A DNA stretch of 64,000 nucleotides, taken from contig JBFMAF010000035.1 of the NCBI GenBank assembly GCA_040755995.1, positions 224,001 through 288,000 of the forward strand, read 5' to 3'. This DNA is from Acidobacteriota bacterium. GTDB lineage: Bacteria; Acidobacteriota; CAIWXX01. The notes beneath the pieces are model-generated. The model saw only the letters and a list, made by a program, of their open reading frames with translations. It did not search any database and was not told the DNA's origin. Below are positions 46,235 to 54,860 of the stretch, piece after piece (within the stretch, counting starts at the first letter, position 1; the number at the start of each line of letters is the position of its first letter). Made by a program: the position numbers and the translations under genes.

Positions 46235-46279
46235 TTTAACCATTTAGTTAAATATAAGACAGCGATCCCGATTTGTCAA
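46235..46279 (-). promoter_or_regulatory. Sigma-70 promoter with overlapping TetR-type operator
   Basis: TTGACA(46279-46274)-N17-TATATT(46256-46251); inverted repeat TTTAAC-N6-GTTAAA at 46235-46252 over the start site. Confidence 0.8.
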
Positions 46280-46410
46280 GTCCCAGCAGGGCTGGTTGGC
46301 TTCGGACAATCGTCCGACACCTTTGTTTTCAGTACGTTGTGGAATTCCCGAGGATCATGCAGTTCGGCCGCTGGATCAGGCGAGGAGACGCCTCAGGCGG
46401 GATTGGCGCG

Positions 46411-48747
46411 TCAGGATGGCGGATTGGCGCTGGCCGCGGGCGCGGCGGCCAGCTGCTGCCCTTTCTCGGCGTACTTCCGGGACGAGGCCTGGTCGCCCAG
46501 CCGGTTGTAGAGGTCGGCTAGGAGGAAGTAGCCGAGCGGCAGCTCGGATCGATCGGGCTTGAGGTCGATTCCCTTCTTCACCAGCTCTATGGCCTCCTGG
46601 TATCGCTCGCCGCGGTGCAGATGAATTCGCGCCAGGTAGAAGTACGTGAGCGGGAACTCCGGGTCCGAGTCCAGGCACTTTTCCAGATACCGGTATTCCT
46701 TCGCTTCGTCCCCGGTCTCGCGGTAGAGCCGAGACAGGTTGTACGTGGCCTTGAAGTGTTTGGGGGAGCATTCGAGCTCCTTCAAGTACTCGGCCTCGGC
46801 CTCCCGCAGCTTGCCCTCCTTCTCGTGCATCTGCGCCCAGTTGTAGTGCAGGTTGGAGAGGCTCGGATTCAGTTGCATGGCCTTGTCGAGATGTTCCCGC
46901 GCGCGCGGCAAGTCGTCCTTTACGATGTAGATCGCCCCGAGCACGTTGTGCGAGGACGCCGACTCAGTGTTGAGCGACAGACATGTCTCGAAGTATGAAA
47001 TAGCCTTGTCGTACTTCTTCTGGACGAAGCTCATGTTCCCCAGCATGAAATAGAGCTGCGGCTCGCGAAAGCCCTTGCTGAGGTAATCCAGCACGAACGC
47101 CTCGGCTTCGGCGAATTGCCTCATCCCTTCGTATGCGAGCGCCACGTTGATGGCGGCGAAGGTGTCGTCCGGCTTGCGGCCGAGGACCTGCTTGAAATAC
47201 TCGATCGCCTCCGTGTACTTCTGCTGTTGGAAGTAGATGTTCCCGATCGAGAAATAGGCGTCGGTGATCTCGGGATCGGTCGCGATGATCCCCTGGATGA
47301 TCTTGACAGCCTCATCCGGCTTGTCGCCCATCCCCACTTCCCGAGCGCGCGAGAGCTCGTTGTAGACCGCAATCTTCTCCTTGGGATTCGCCAGCTTCTT
47401 GCCCTCGAGCATCGCCGGGTCGGAAAACGAGCCGATGTAGCCGAGAGCCGCGAGCTTCTCCCGCGTCTCCTCATCGATCTTCGTGTAGTCGGTTTCGAAG
47501 GCGTTCTTGCTCGAGTCACGAATGAAGGCTTCCGCCTCGCCGTTCAGCTCCTGGTAGACGTCTCGCCGGGACGATATGAGGTTCCTTTCTTCGCGGGGAT
47601 CCTCGACGACGTCGTAGAGCTCGGGTTCCGGAGAGAGAATCAGTTTGTACCTTTCGTTCTGGACGCTCTTGAGGTCGGACCAACCGTAGTGGAACCGGGG
47701 ATAGTAGGTCTCGGAGTAGGCCAGCGGTGGGTTCTTTCTACTACGGCCGTAGAACGCCGGGAGCAGGCTCTTGCCTTGAACCTGGGCCGGGATGGAAATT
47801 CCGGCCATTTCACAGACTGTCGGCATCAGGTCGGCGAGGCTCACGACCTCGGGCGAGACGACACCCTGGAACCTCTCGAACGGAGTGACGATGATGAGCG
47901 GCACCTGGATCGCCCCCTGGTAGACGAAGAACCCGTGACTGGACTCTTCATGCTCGCCCAGGCTCTCGCCGTGATCCCCGGCGATCAAGAGGAAGGTCCG
48001 GTCGAGGAGGTCGTTCCGGTCGAGGAACTGCCACAGCCTCTCGATCTGGGAGTCTGCAAAGGCGATCTCGCCCAGGTAAGGGTGCTCGACGTACTGCTCT
48101 GAAAATGGAGCCGGCGGTTCGTACGGAGAATGCGGGTCGTACAAATGGACCCAGACGAAGAAATTCCCCAGCCTGTTCTTCTCGAGCCAGGGGATCACTT
48201 CGTCGACGACCTCGTTGGCCGGCCGCTGGACCGTCCCGAGCGAGATTCGTTTGAACTTGCTGAGATCGAATCGGTCGAAGTAGGTATCGAAGCCCTGGTT
48301 CAGTCCCCACTTGGAGTCGAGCACGTAGGCGGCGACGAACGCGCCTGTCTCGTATCCCCTGCGCTTGAAGAGCTCGGCCATCGTCTCGATCCCCTCCGGG
48401 ACGATGAACCCGCCGTTGTCGCGCACCCCGTGGAAGAGCGGCAAGGTGCCGGTCATGATGGTTGTGTGCGACGGCAGCGTGAGTGGGGTCTGCGCGAAGC
48501 ACTTCTCGAACCTAACGCCGCGCGCGGCGAGGCGGTCGATCGCCGGCGTCTCGACCCGCGTGCATCCGTAGCAGGCCAGGCGATCGGCCCGCGTCGTGTC
48601 GAGAGTGATCAGGATCAGGTTGAAGTCGCGGCCGCCCCTGAGCCGGGCGAAGTCCGGCTCACGAAGGAAGAGCCTGTATGCCGCGCCAAGAATGGCAGCC
48701 GCTGCGATAAAAACGACGAACGCGATCGCCCACCGGCGTCTTCTCAT
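46411..48747 (-). CDS. Sulfatase-like alkaline-phosphatase-superfamily enzyme with C-terminal TPR repeats
   Basis: ITLDTTRAD, TPLTLPSH, HLYDPH, GDHGE and LAALGY, followed by multiple TPRs. Confidence 0.88.
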   Translation of the reverse strand: MRRRRWAIAFVVFIAAAAILGAAYRLFLREPDFARLRGGRDFNLILITLDTTRADRLACYGCTRVETPAIDRLAARGVRFEKCFAQTPLTLPSHTTIMTGTLPLFHGVRDNGGFIVPEGIETMAELFKRRGYETGAFVAAYVLDSKWGLNQGFDTYFDRFDLSKFKRISLGTVQRPANEVVDEVIPWLEKNRLGNFFVWVHLYDPHSPYEPPAPFSEQYVEHPYLGEIAFADSQIERLWQFLDRNDLLDRTFLLIAGDHGESLGEHEESSHGFFVYQGAIQVPLIIVTPFERFQGVVSPEVVSLADLMPTVCEMAGISIPAQVQGKSLLPAFYGRSRKNPPLAYSETYYPRFHYGWSDLKSVQNERYKLILSPEPELYDVVEDPREERNLISSRRDVYQELNGEAEAFIRDSSKNAFETDYTKIDEETREKLAALGYIGSFSDPAMLEGKKLANPKEKIAVYNELSRAREVGMGDKPDEAVKIIQGIIATDPEITDAYFSIGNIYFQQQKYTEAIEYFKQVLGRKPDDTFAAINVALAYEGMRQFAEAEAFVLDYLSKGFREPQLYFMLGNMSFVQKKYDKAISYFETCLSLNTESASSHNVLGAIYIVKDDLPRAREHLDKAMQLNPSLSNLHYNWAQMHEKEGKLREAEAEYLKELECSPKHFKATYNLSRLYRETGDEAKEYRYLEKCLDSDPEFPLTYFYLARIHLHRGERYQEAIELVKKGIDLKPDRSELPLGYFLLADLYNRLGDQASSRKYAEKGQQLAAAPAASANPPS

Positions 48748-48842
48748 GACGCCGCCATCTTAGCCCACTACACGTCCCAATGACACGGGCCGTGAATCAG
48801 TGACCGCGGGACATACTCGTCGCGGCCCGGATGGGGCGCGCA

Positions 48843-48905
48843 GACGCGGTGAGTGGAGAGCTACCGGTTCGAATCACCGCGTCTCCGTGTCACCGCGTCC
48901 GCGTC
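48843..48905. repeat. Intergenic TCACCGCGTC repeat/hairpin
   Basis: GACGCGGTGA pairs with TCACCGCGTC, which occurs twice in tandem with a CCGTGTC-type spacer. Confidence 0.55.
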
Positions 48906-48971
48906 AGGACGGACTTAGACTAACTTGTCAGCATATCCCCCGGTCCCGAGGCCGAATCCTCCGATACGTCC

Positions 48972-50225
48972 TCAGAACTTGTAGCCGAAGCTCAGGTTGA
49001 AGAGGTGCGCGGTAGTGGAGTAGGTGCCGCCGAGCAGCTCCGGCATGTGCAGGTTCTCGCTCTTCCTGTCGCCGAACATGACGAGCAGGTAGGCGAAGTC
49101 GAACGTGGCCTTTCCTTTGGTGAAGCCGACGCCGAGGGCAACGTCGTGGCGATTGGCATCGGGCAAGGTTGGGTCGAGGGTTTCGTCCGGAACCGGACTC
49201 GGATCGTAAATGTATCCGCCTCTAAGCGCGACAGCCTCACTGAGCTTGTACTCGGTGCCGATTCGCCACAGCCAGGAATCGTCGTAGTCCTGCGGCATGG
49301 CCGTGTTGTAAGGAACTGAGGGATTCCCGGGCGCCTTGTCGATGTGCAGCGGGATCTCCTTTGCGCCTGACCAGCCGTACCAATCGATATCCGTTTCGAG
49401 GGTGAACTTCTCGGCCGGCTTGAAGGCCACGCCGATCGTCAGGAACTTCGGCATGTGGATCTCTGCGGAGCCCGAGCTGTCCACGAACAGCGGCTTGACC
49501 GCAGGGTTGGGCACGGTGTAGGTCGCATCGCCGTCATATTCGATGTCGGCGCTATGGCGGTAGGTGACTGCGAAGCTCGCCTTGTCGCCCGCCTTGGCGA
49601 GGAAACCGAAGTTGAACGACGCTGCGCTGCCGTCTCCCGTCATCTCGAAGCCGGCATCCCCGAGGTACCCGTAGATCGGGTGGACGACCGGGATCTTCTG
49701 CGTGAGTTCCACCGATGAGAGGATGTAATCAAACCCTACGCCCAGCGACATGTTCGGAGTCAGCTCGAACGCGACCACAGGGTTGAGATAGAACGTCTTG
49801 AGATCGGTCTTGATCGCCCTGTACCTGCCCCTCCACTCCGCCGGCCACTCGGTGCCGAGGCCGAATGGCGTGAAGAAGCCGAAACCGGCCGTGATCTTCT
49901 CGTGAACGGGATATGTCACGTAGAAGTGCGATGGGTAGTAGAGTTGTGATTCCTGGTCGGTGACCGTGCCAGTCGCCGTGGTGTAACTGCCGCTTGGCTT
50001 GATCAGGGCCGTCCCCAGCCCGAGCTCCAGGCCTTCGCTGCCGACGATTCCGGCAGGATTGTAGAAGACGGCGAAGGCACCTTTGGCGCTTGCGGTCCAT
50101 GCCCCTGCCATGCCCACGGCCACTGCACCGTGCTCATAGATCTCGTAGCCACCGGCGAAAACCGCACTGCAACTAAACAACGAGAACAGAACCCCCAGGA
50201 CTGTAATAATAGTAACCCGCTTCAT
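48972..50225 (-). CDS. FadL/OmpP1/TodX-family outer-membrane transporter
   Basis: Signal peptide; hatch motif VFYNPAG; TPFGLGTEW; PDANR; C-terminal Phe. Confidence 0.9.
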   Translation of the reverse strand: MKRVTIITVLGVLFSLFSCSAVFAGGYEIYEHGAVAVGMAGAWTASAKGAFAVFYNPAGIVGSEGLELGLGTALIKPSGSYTTATGTVTDQESQLYYPSHFYVTYPVHEKITAGFGFFTPFGLGTEWPAEWRGRYRAIKTDLKTFYLNPVVAFELTPNMSLGVGFDYILSSVELTQKIPVVHPIYGYLGDAGFEMTGDGSAASFNFGFLAKAGDKASFAVTYRHSADIEYDGDATYTVPNPAVKPLFVDSSGSAEIHMPKFLTIGVAFKPAEKFTLETDIDWYGWSGAKEIPLHIDKAPGNPSVPYNTAMPQDYDDSWLWRIGTEYKLSEAVALRGGYIYDPSPVPDETLDPTLPDANRHDVALGVGFTKGKATFDFAYLLVMFGDRKSENLHMPELLGGTYSTTAHLFNLSFGYKF

Positions 50226-50290
50226 CTTGCCTCCTTGTGCTGCGAGTTTGCGTTTCATTCCCTACTGCAGGAAAAGCATCAATATGCCAG

Positions 50291-53086
50291 TTAGAACGTA
50301 AGCCGCACGCCGACTCTGACGCGCCTGGGCAGGACCAGCCCGTACAGGTCGTGGCCCTGGGTCGATGGAGCGTATGCCGGGTCGGTGCTCCAATCGTAGC
50401 CGATGCGCGTGCCCCAGCTGGTGATGGTGTCGTCGTTGAACACGTTGAAGACGTCCAACATCAGTCCCAGCTGGTAGTTGGAAGCCAGCGCGAATTTCTT
50501 CTCCAAACGGATATCGAGCGCGCTGGCGATGGGGTAGTGGTGCGAGCCCGCCGGCTCTGTGTTGAATGTGATTCGGCCCTGGTCGAAGTCCTTGCTCCCG
50601 GTCCTGTACCTCTGGGCCCAGGCATTCCCGGTGATCGCGTGAAAATAGGCGTTGAAGAAGATGTTGTACGGGAGGACGTAGGTTCCCTGGAGCTTCAGCA
50701 TGTGCGTCGGGTCGTTCGTCACGTGACCGTCGGCGTTGACCCAGAAGTTCGGGTCGTAGGTCGCCCGCCCCCACCCTATGTCCTCGTACGTGGAATTGTT
50801 GATCGTGCCCTTGGCCTGCGAGTAGACGTACGATGCGATGAGCTGCCACTTGTCGGAGAACCGCTTGTTGAAGAGGAACTCGATGCCCCAGTAGTTGCGG
50901 TAAGGGTTGGTAGAGGTGCCCGTGACATTCTTGTACAGGTCACGGATCTTGTCCAGGTTCGTGATGTGCCACTCCGCCGCGTCCCCCGATGTGAGGTTGT
51001 AAAGCGTGTACCACCTGCCCAGCTCTTCGACGTAGTAGGGAACGGCCTCGTAGGTGGCCAACGAGTTATATGGCCCGATGAAGTTGTGATAGCTGCGGTT
51101 GATGTAGGTGACCGAGAATGAGGCATCTTTGAGAACCTCTCTCTCGATACCTGCTGTGAACTGCCTCATGAACGGATGCTCGATGCCTTCGTCAACTACC
51201 CATTGTCCGTGCCTGACCCGATGGTCTTCGTACCAGTACTGGCCGCCGGAGTCCCAGTAGTACTGAACCCAATCAGAAAACGTGGGACTCAGCCTGTCCA
51301 AGATCGCGGAGTACATGCCATCGGTGAACTCCCCGTAGTGGGCCTTGAACACGGTGGAGCTGTCTCCGAGGAGGTCGAGCGTGAATCCGAGGCGAGGCGC
51401 AACGCGGAACGCGCTGTACTGGTTTCCAGAGAGCTCCGCCACTCTGCCCCAGTTCTGGCTAAGACGCAGCCCGACGTTGACATTCATGCGGTTTGTGATC
51501 TCCCACGAGTCCTGCGCAAACGTCTCCAGCCGTGTGATGTGCGTCCGGGCGTTGTAGCCCTCATACTGGTACGCGCTGTAGTTGCCGTTGTATCCGTATC
51601 CCCAATAGTCGTAGTAGCGCCAGTGGTTCTCACCGGTGTACGAGAAGAGGTTCCTCACCCGGGAGTGCTCGAACTCCACGCCGAACTTGAAGTCGTGCTT
51701 CCCCTTGATAAACTCGTCCGCGTAGTGCGTCATGCTGGCATTGGCCTGGACCCTCGACCTCGGGTGCTCTTCGTATGCCCCATAGTTGTAGTACGTCCAT
51801 CTCGCCTGGTCACCCGGAATGTCCGGATTGTCATTGATGAAGTAGTGCATGTTGACGTTCCGGCCGGTCCGCGGCTCGAGATTGTAGTAGCCGTTGAAAT
51901 AGGCAGCCTTGAAGTCTATGAGAGTCTTGGAGCTCAAGAGGTGCGTGAGGTTGCCGTTGAGCACGATCTCCGGGTCGATCTGGTCGACAGTCGCGTCAGG
52001 CATCACCGTGGCCTCAGCGCCGCGGTACGTGCCGTCGTAGTCGTCGTATTCGACGGCCCCGCTGAGGTTCGTATCAGGCGTGAGCTGAGACGTCAGCTTC
52101 AGGTAGAACCTCGGCTGCTTGTAGTCCTGTGGGTACGGGAAGCCCGTGACCCAGTCCTTGGAACGATACCACTGCGTCCCTCCGAAGAACCAGAGCTTGT
52201 CCTGGATGATCGGCCCCCCGAGATGGGCGTTGGCGTCGAGAATGCTCTCGAGCGGGGACGTGATGTTCGGCCAATCCTCGACATACGCGGAGTTGTTCTC
52301 GGCGCCCCATAACCCCGCTGGCCAGGTCCCATCCAGGTCCTTCCGCTCCGGGTGCCCCTGGAAGTCCACTTCGAAATGACCGGAAAACTGGTTGCCGCCA
52401 GACTTGGTCACGATATTGAAAATGACGCCCGTGAAGTTCCCGTACTCGGCCGGCAAGCCGATACCCATGACCTTCGCTTCCTCGATGATGTTGTAATCGA
52501 CAAAAACCCACGCCGTGCCGCCATCGGGATCGCCTACGCCGACGCCGTCGAGCTGATACGAGATGCCGCGGCCGTCTCCGGCGCCGTAAGCAACATCCCT
52601 GGTGACGCCCGGGGCGAGGTTGACAACATCCGTTGAGAACTGTGTGTTCGGGATGTTGCGCAGGATTTCGTCGGAGAGCGTGACGGAAGCCGTCTCTGAG
52701 GACCTGACGTCCACGGTCGGAGCCTCCGCGACGACCGTGACCTGCTCGGAGATGGCCGCCGGTTTCATCGTGATGTCGACGCTCAATGTCGTCGTCGTGG
52801 AGACGCGCATGTTCTCCTGAACGACCGTCCCCCAATCAGAGAGCTCGGCCTTGAGCTTGTAGTCACCCGGCGGGAGAGCGGGGAAACGGAACTCGCCCGA
52901 GAGATCCGTGACCGTGGACCGGGCGCCCATCAGGCTCGGGCTGGTCAGGGTCACGCTGACCCCGGGTATGGCTGCATCCTGCTCGTCTACCACGCGGCCG
53001 CGGATTGCACCGGTCTCGCGTGACTGGGAATAGCAAAGCATCTCCCCGGCGAGCACTACAAGAACAGCGACCAGAGACTTCTTCAT
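50291..53086 (-). CDS. TonB-dependent receptor, Oar-like, with N-terminal carboxypeptidase-regulatory-like domain
   Basis: GGAGG RBS, MKKSL signal; GAIRGRVVDEQ..IPGVSV; AEYGNFTG..NIVTKSGGN; LGGPIIQDKLWFF; DVFNVFN; C-terminal PRRVRVGVRLTF. Confidence 0.92.
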   Translation of the reverse strand: MKKSLVAVLVVLAGEMLCYSQSRETGAIRGRVVDEQDAAIPGVSVTLTSPSLMGARSTVTDLSGEFRFPALPPGDYKLKAELSDWGTVVQENMRVSTTTTLSVDITMKPAAISEQVTVVAEAPTVDVRSSETASVTLSDEILRNIPNTQFSTDVVNLAPGVTRDVAYGAGDGRGISYQLDGVGVGDPDGGTAWVFVDYNIIEEAKVMGIGLPAEYGNFTGVIFNIVTKSGGNQFSGHFEVDFQGHPERKDLDGTWPAGLWGAENNSAYVEDWPNITSPLESILDANAHLGGPIIQDKLWFFGGTQWYRSKDWVTGFPYPQDYKQPRFYLKLTSQLTPDTNLSGAVEYDDYDGTYRGAEATVMPDATVDQIDPEIVLNGNLTHLLSSKTLIDFKAAYFNGYYNLEPRTGRNVNMHYFINDNPDIPGDQARWTYYNYGAYEEHPRSRVQANASMTHYADEFIKGKHDFKFGVEFEHSRVRNLFSYTGENHWRYYDYWGYGYNGNYSAYQYEGYNARTHITRLETFAQDSWEITNRMNVNVGLRLSQNWGRVAELSGNQYSAFRVAPRLGFTLDLLGDSSTVFKAHYGEFTDGMYSAILDRLSPTFSDWVQYYWDSGGQYWYEDHRVRHGQWVVDEGIEHPFMRQFTAGIEREVLKDASFSVTYINRSYHNFIGPYNSLATYEAVPYYVEELGRWYTLYNLTSGDAAEWHITNLDKIRDLYKNVTGTSTNPYRNYWGIEFLFNKRFSDKWQLIASYVYSQAKGTINNSTYEDIGWGRATYDPNFWVNADGHVTNDPTHMLKLQGTYVLPYNIFFNAYFHAITGNAWAQRYRTGSKDFDQGRITFNTEPAGSHHYPIASALDIRLEKKFALASNYQLGLMLDVFNVFNDDTITSWGTRIGYDWSTDPAYAPSTQGHDLYGLVLPRRVRVGVRLTF

Positions 53087-53228
53087 GATGGCCTCCAAAG
53101 GGCGTTCGCCATGGACATCAGGGCCGACTGGGACAGCTGCGGGGTCTGGGAGGCCGACGGGCTGGAGGCGAAAGAGCCTGAGGCCCAAGCGAGCCTGCTG
53201 CCAGAGGTGCCCGACATAGAATGGCCCC

Positions 53229-53257
53229 AATATAGAGAGGCTGCGTGCGCCTGTCAA
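53229..53257 (-). promoter_or_regulatory. Sigma-70 promoter for the TBDR-FadL operon
   Basis: TTGACA(53257-53252)-N17-TATATT(53234-53229). Confidence 0.75.
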
Positions 53258-53373
53258 GGAGAATTACACGATCACCGCCCCCGCATCACACTCTCTCTAC
53301 ACGATGCGCGGCGGGAGCGGCCTCGCGTGCTTCATCCGTCTGAGGCCCCGCCTCGCCAGCCCTCGGTCTCGGC

Positions 53374-54768
53374 CTACGCAATCCTCCGGCGGTCCAGCGC
53401 CGTAACCGCGAAGAAGGCAACCAGGCTGATGAGCCAGGTGAAGTAGATCGGATGAGGGAGGAAATGCCAGCTTGCAGGCGCCGCGAGCCAGCCCGCTAGC
53501 GAGAGATACGTGGCGACCATCGTCCAGGTCGCCGACGATTGACGGCACACTGCCGGCCAGAACATCGTCATCAGCACGACCAGAGTGAAGGCGGTGGTGA
53601 GCGTCAAGCCGATCAGCAGCATCTTGAGGATTCCGCTCACGAAGAGAGCGAGCAGGTAGGTCACAACACTCAGGGCCAGCACGGTCAAGCGGCAGACAGC
53701 ACGCCCGTGCACGTCCCCCAAGCCAGGCCTGATGAAACGCTTCACAATGTCGTTCAGGACCAGGCTCGCGCTCCCCATCAGCAGCGCGGAGGCCGTACTG
53801 ACGTCGGCGGCCCACAGTCCCGAGAGCACAAGGCCTGCGGCCAGCGGCGGCAGGTCGAGCACGGCGCGCGGAAGCGCTTCGGCTGCCACGATGCTCGGAT
53901 GCAACACCGCAGCAGCCATGCCGATGATCGCGCAGAGGAAGCCGACGGGGAAGATGAGGAGCCCTCCGAGCAGAAACCCCCACCGTGCGCTGCGGTCGTC
54001 CTTCGACGCGAAGCTGATCTGGACGACGGCCTGGGTCGACTGGGCGGTCGTGATCATGACCATGAACCAGCCTGCGATAAGCCCCGCACCCACGGCCCAG
54101 AGATCGAACCCCGGGTGCCCCGCCGGAAGTTGCCGCAAGAGCCCCGCGAATCCCCCGATCCGTCCAACTGTCAAGACGACCCCCGCGACGATCCCGACAT
54201 AGATGACGGCCACGTTCAGCACGTTCGTAAGACCGGTCGCCCACAATCCGCCGATCAGCGTGATGCCGATGAAGACGACCGCCGTCACCACCATACCGCT
54301 CCTGAACGTGAACACGCCCGGCATGAGAGATGACAGGATGGCACCGCCCGCTACGTATTGCAGCGACGTTACGACGACCTGAATGGCGAGCTGGCCGAGT
54401 ACGGCCAGCACGCGGGCGGCCGTGCCATAGTGGCGATCGAAGAACTCCGGCAGTGTGGTCAGCTCGAGCCGCCGGTAGCGCCCGGCCGTGAGCAGTCCCA
54501 TCACGAAAGCGCCGGCGGCCCAGGCCGCGTTGTACCAACCAGCGGAGAAGCCTGACTTGTACGCGGCCTCGGCAACCCCGATCGTCGATGCGCCTCCGAC
54601 GGCGAGCCCTGCGAGCGCCGCCGCCGTCACCCAGTACGGCAGCTGCCTCCCGGCCAGCAGGTACCCGACGATCCCGCCGGACGCGGCCAGGCGTTGCGAC
54701 CACCAGGTGACTGCGAACAGCGCCACCACATAGCACGCGACGACGGCGAGCGGCACCCAGTGCGTCAT
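53374..54768 (-). CDS. Sodium:solute symporter (SSS) family protein
   Basis: YLLAGRQLP, TTLPEFFDRHYG, GGLWATGLTN and WAADVSTAS; about 13 TM helices. Confidence 0.92.
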   Translation of the reverse strand: MTHWVPLAVVACYVVALFAVTWWSQRLAASGGIVGYLLAGRQLPYWVTAAALAGLAVGGASTIGVAEAAYKSGFSAGWYNAAWAAGAFVMGLLTAGRYRRLELTTLPEFFDRHYGTAARVLAVLGQLAIQVVVTSLQYVAGGAILSSLMPGVFTFRSGMVVTAVVFIGITLIGGLWATGLTNVLNVAVIYVGIVAGVVLTVGRIGGFAGLLRQLPAGHPGFDLWAVGAGLIAGWFMVMITTAQSTQAVVQISFASKDDRSARWGFLLGGLLIFPVGFLCAIIGMAAAVLHPSIVAAEALPRAVLDLPPLAAGLVLSGLWAADVSTASALLMGSASLVLNDIVKRFIRPGLGDVHGRAVCRLTVLALSVVTYLLALFVSGILKMLLIGLTLTTAFTLVVLMTMFWPAVCRQSSATWTMVATYLSLAGWLAAPASWHFLPHPIYFTWLISLVAFFAVTALDRRRIA

Positions 54769-54780
54769 TGCCTATGCCGG

Positions 54781-54822
54781 CGAAGTCGACTTCGCGTCCG
54801 TGAACGTGGACGTGACCGGGAC
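54781..54822. repeat. Palindrome plus CGTGRM-like hexamer repeat
   Basis: CGAAGTCGACTTCG then CGTGAA CGTGGA CGTGAC CGGGAC. Confidence 0.5.
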
Positions 54823-54860
54823 CTTGTGGGCCGCACCGCTCAAGCAGGCCGTGTGAGCGG

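Noticed and set aside
48860..48880. GGTTCGAATC, resembling a tRNA T-loop
   Set aside because: The flanks do not form a T-stem and there is no cloverleaf; it sits in the loop of a TCACCGCGTC repeat hairpin.
53087..53228. Known riboswitch (cobalamin, TPP, c-di-GMP) upstream of the TBDR
   Set aside because: I could not recognise the conserved cores by eye; an Infernal scan is needed.
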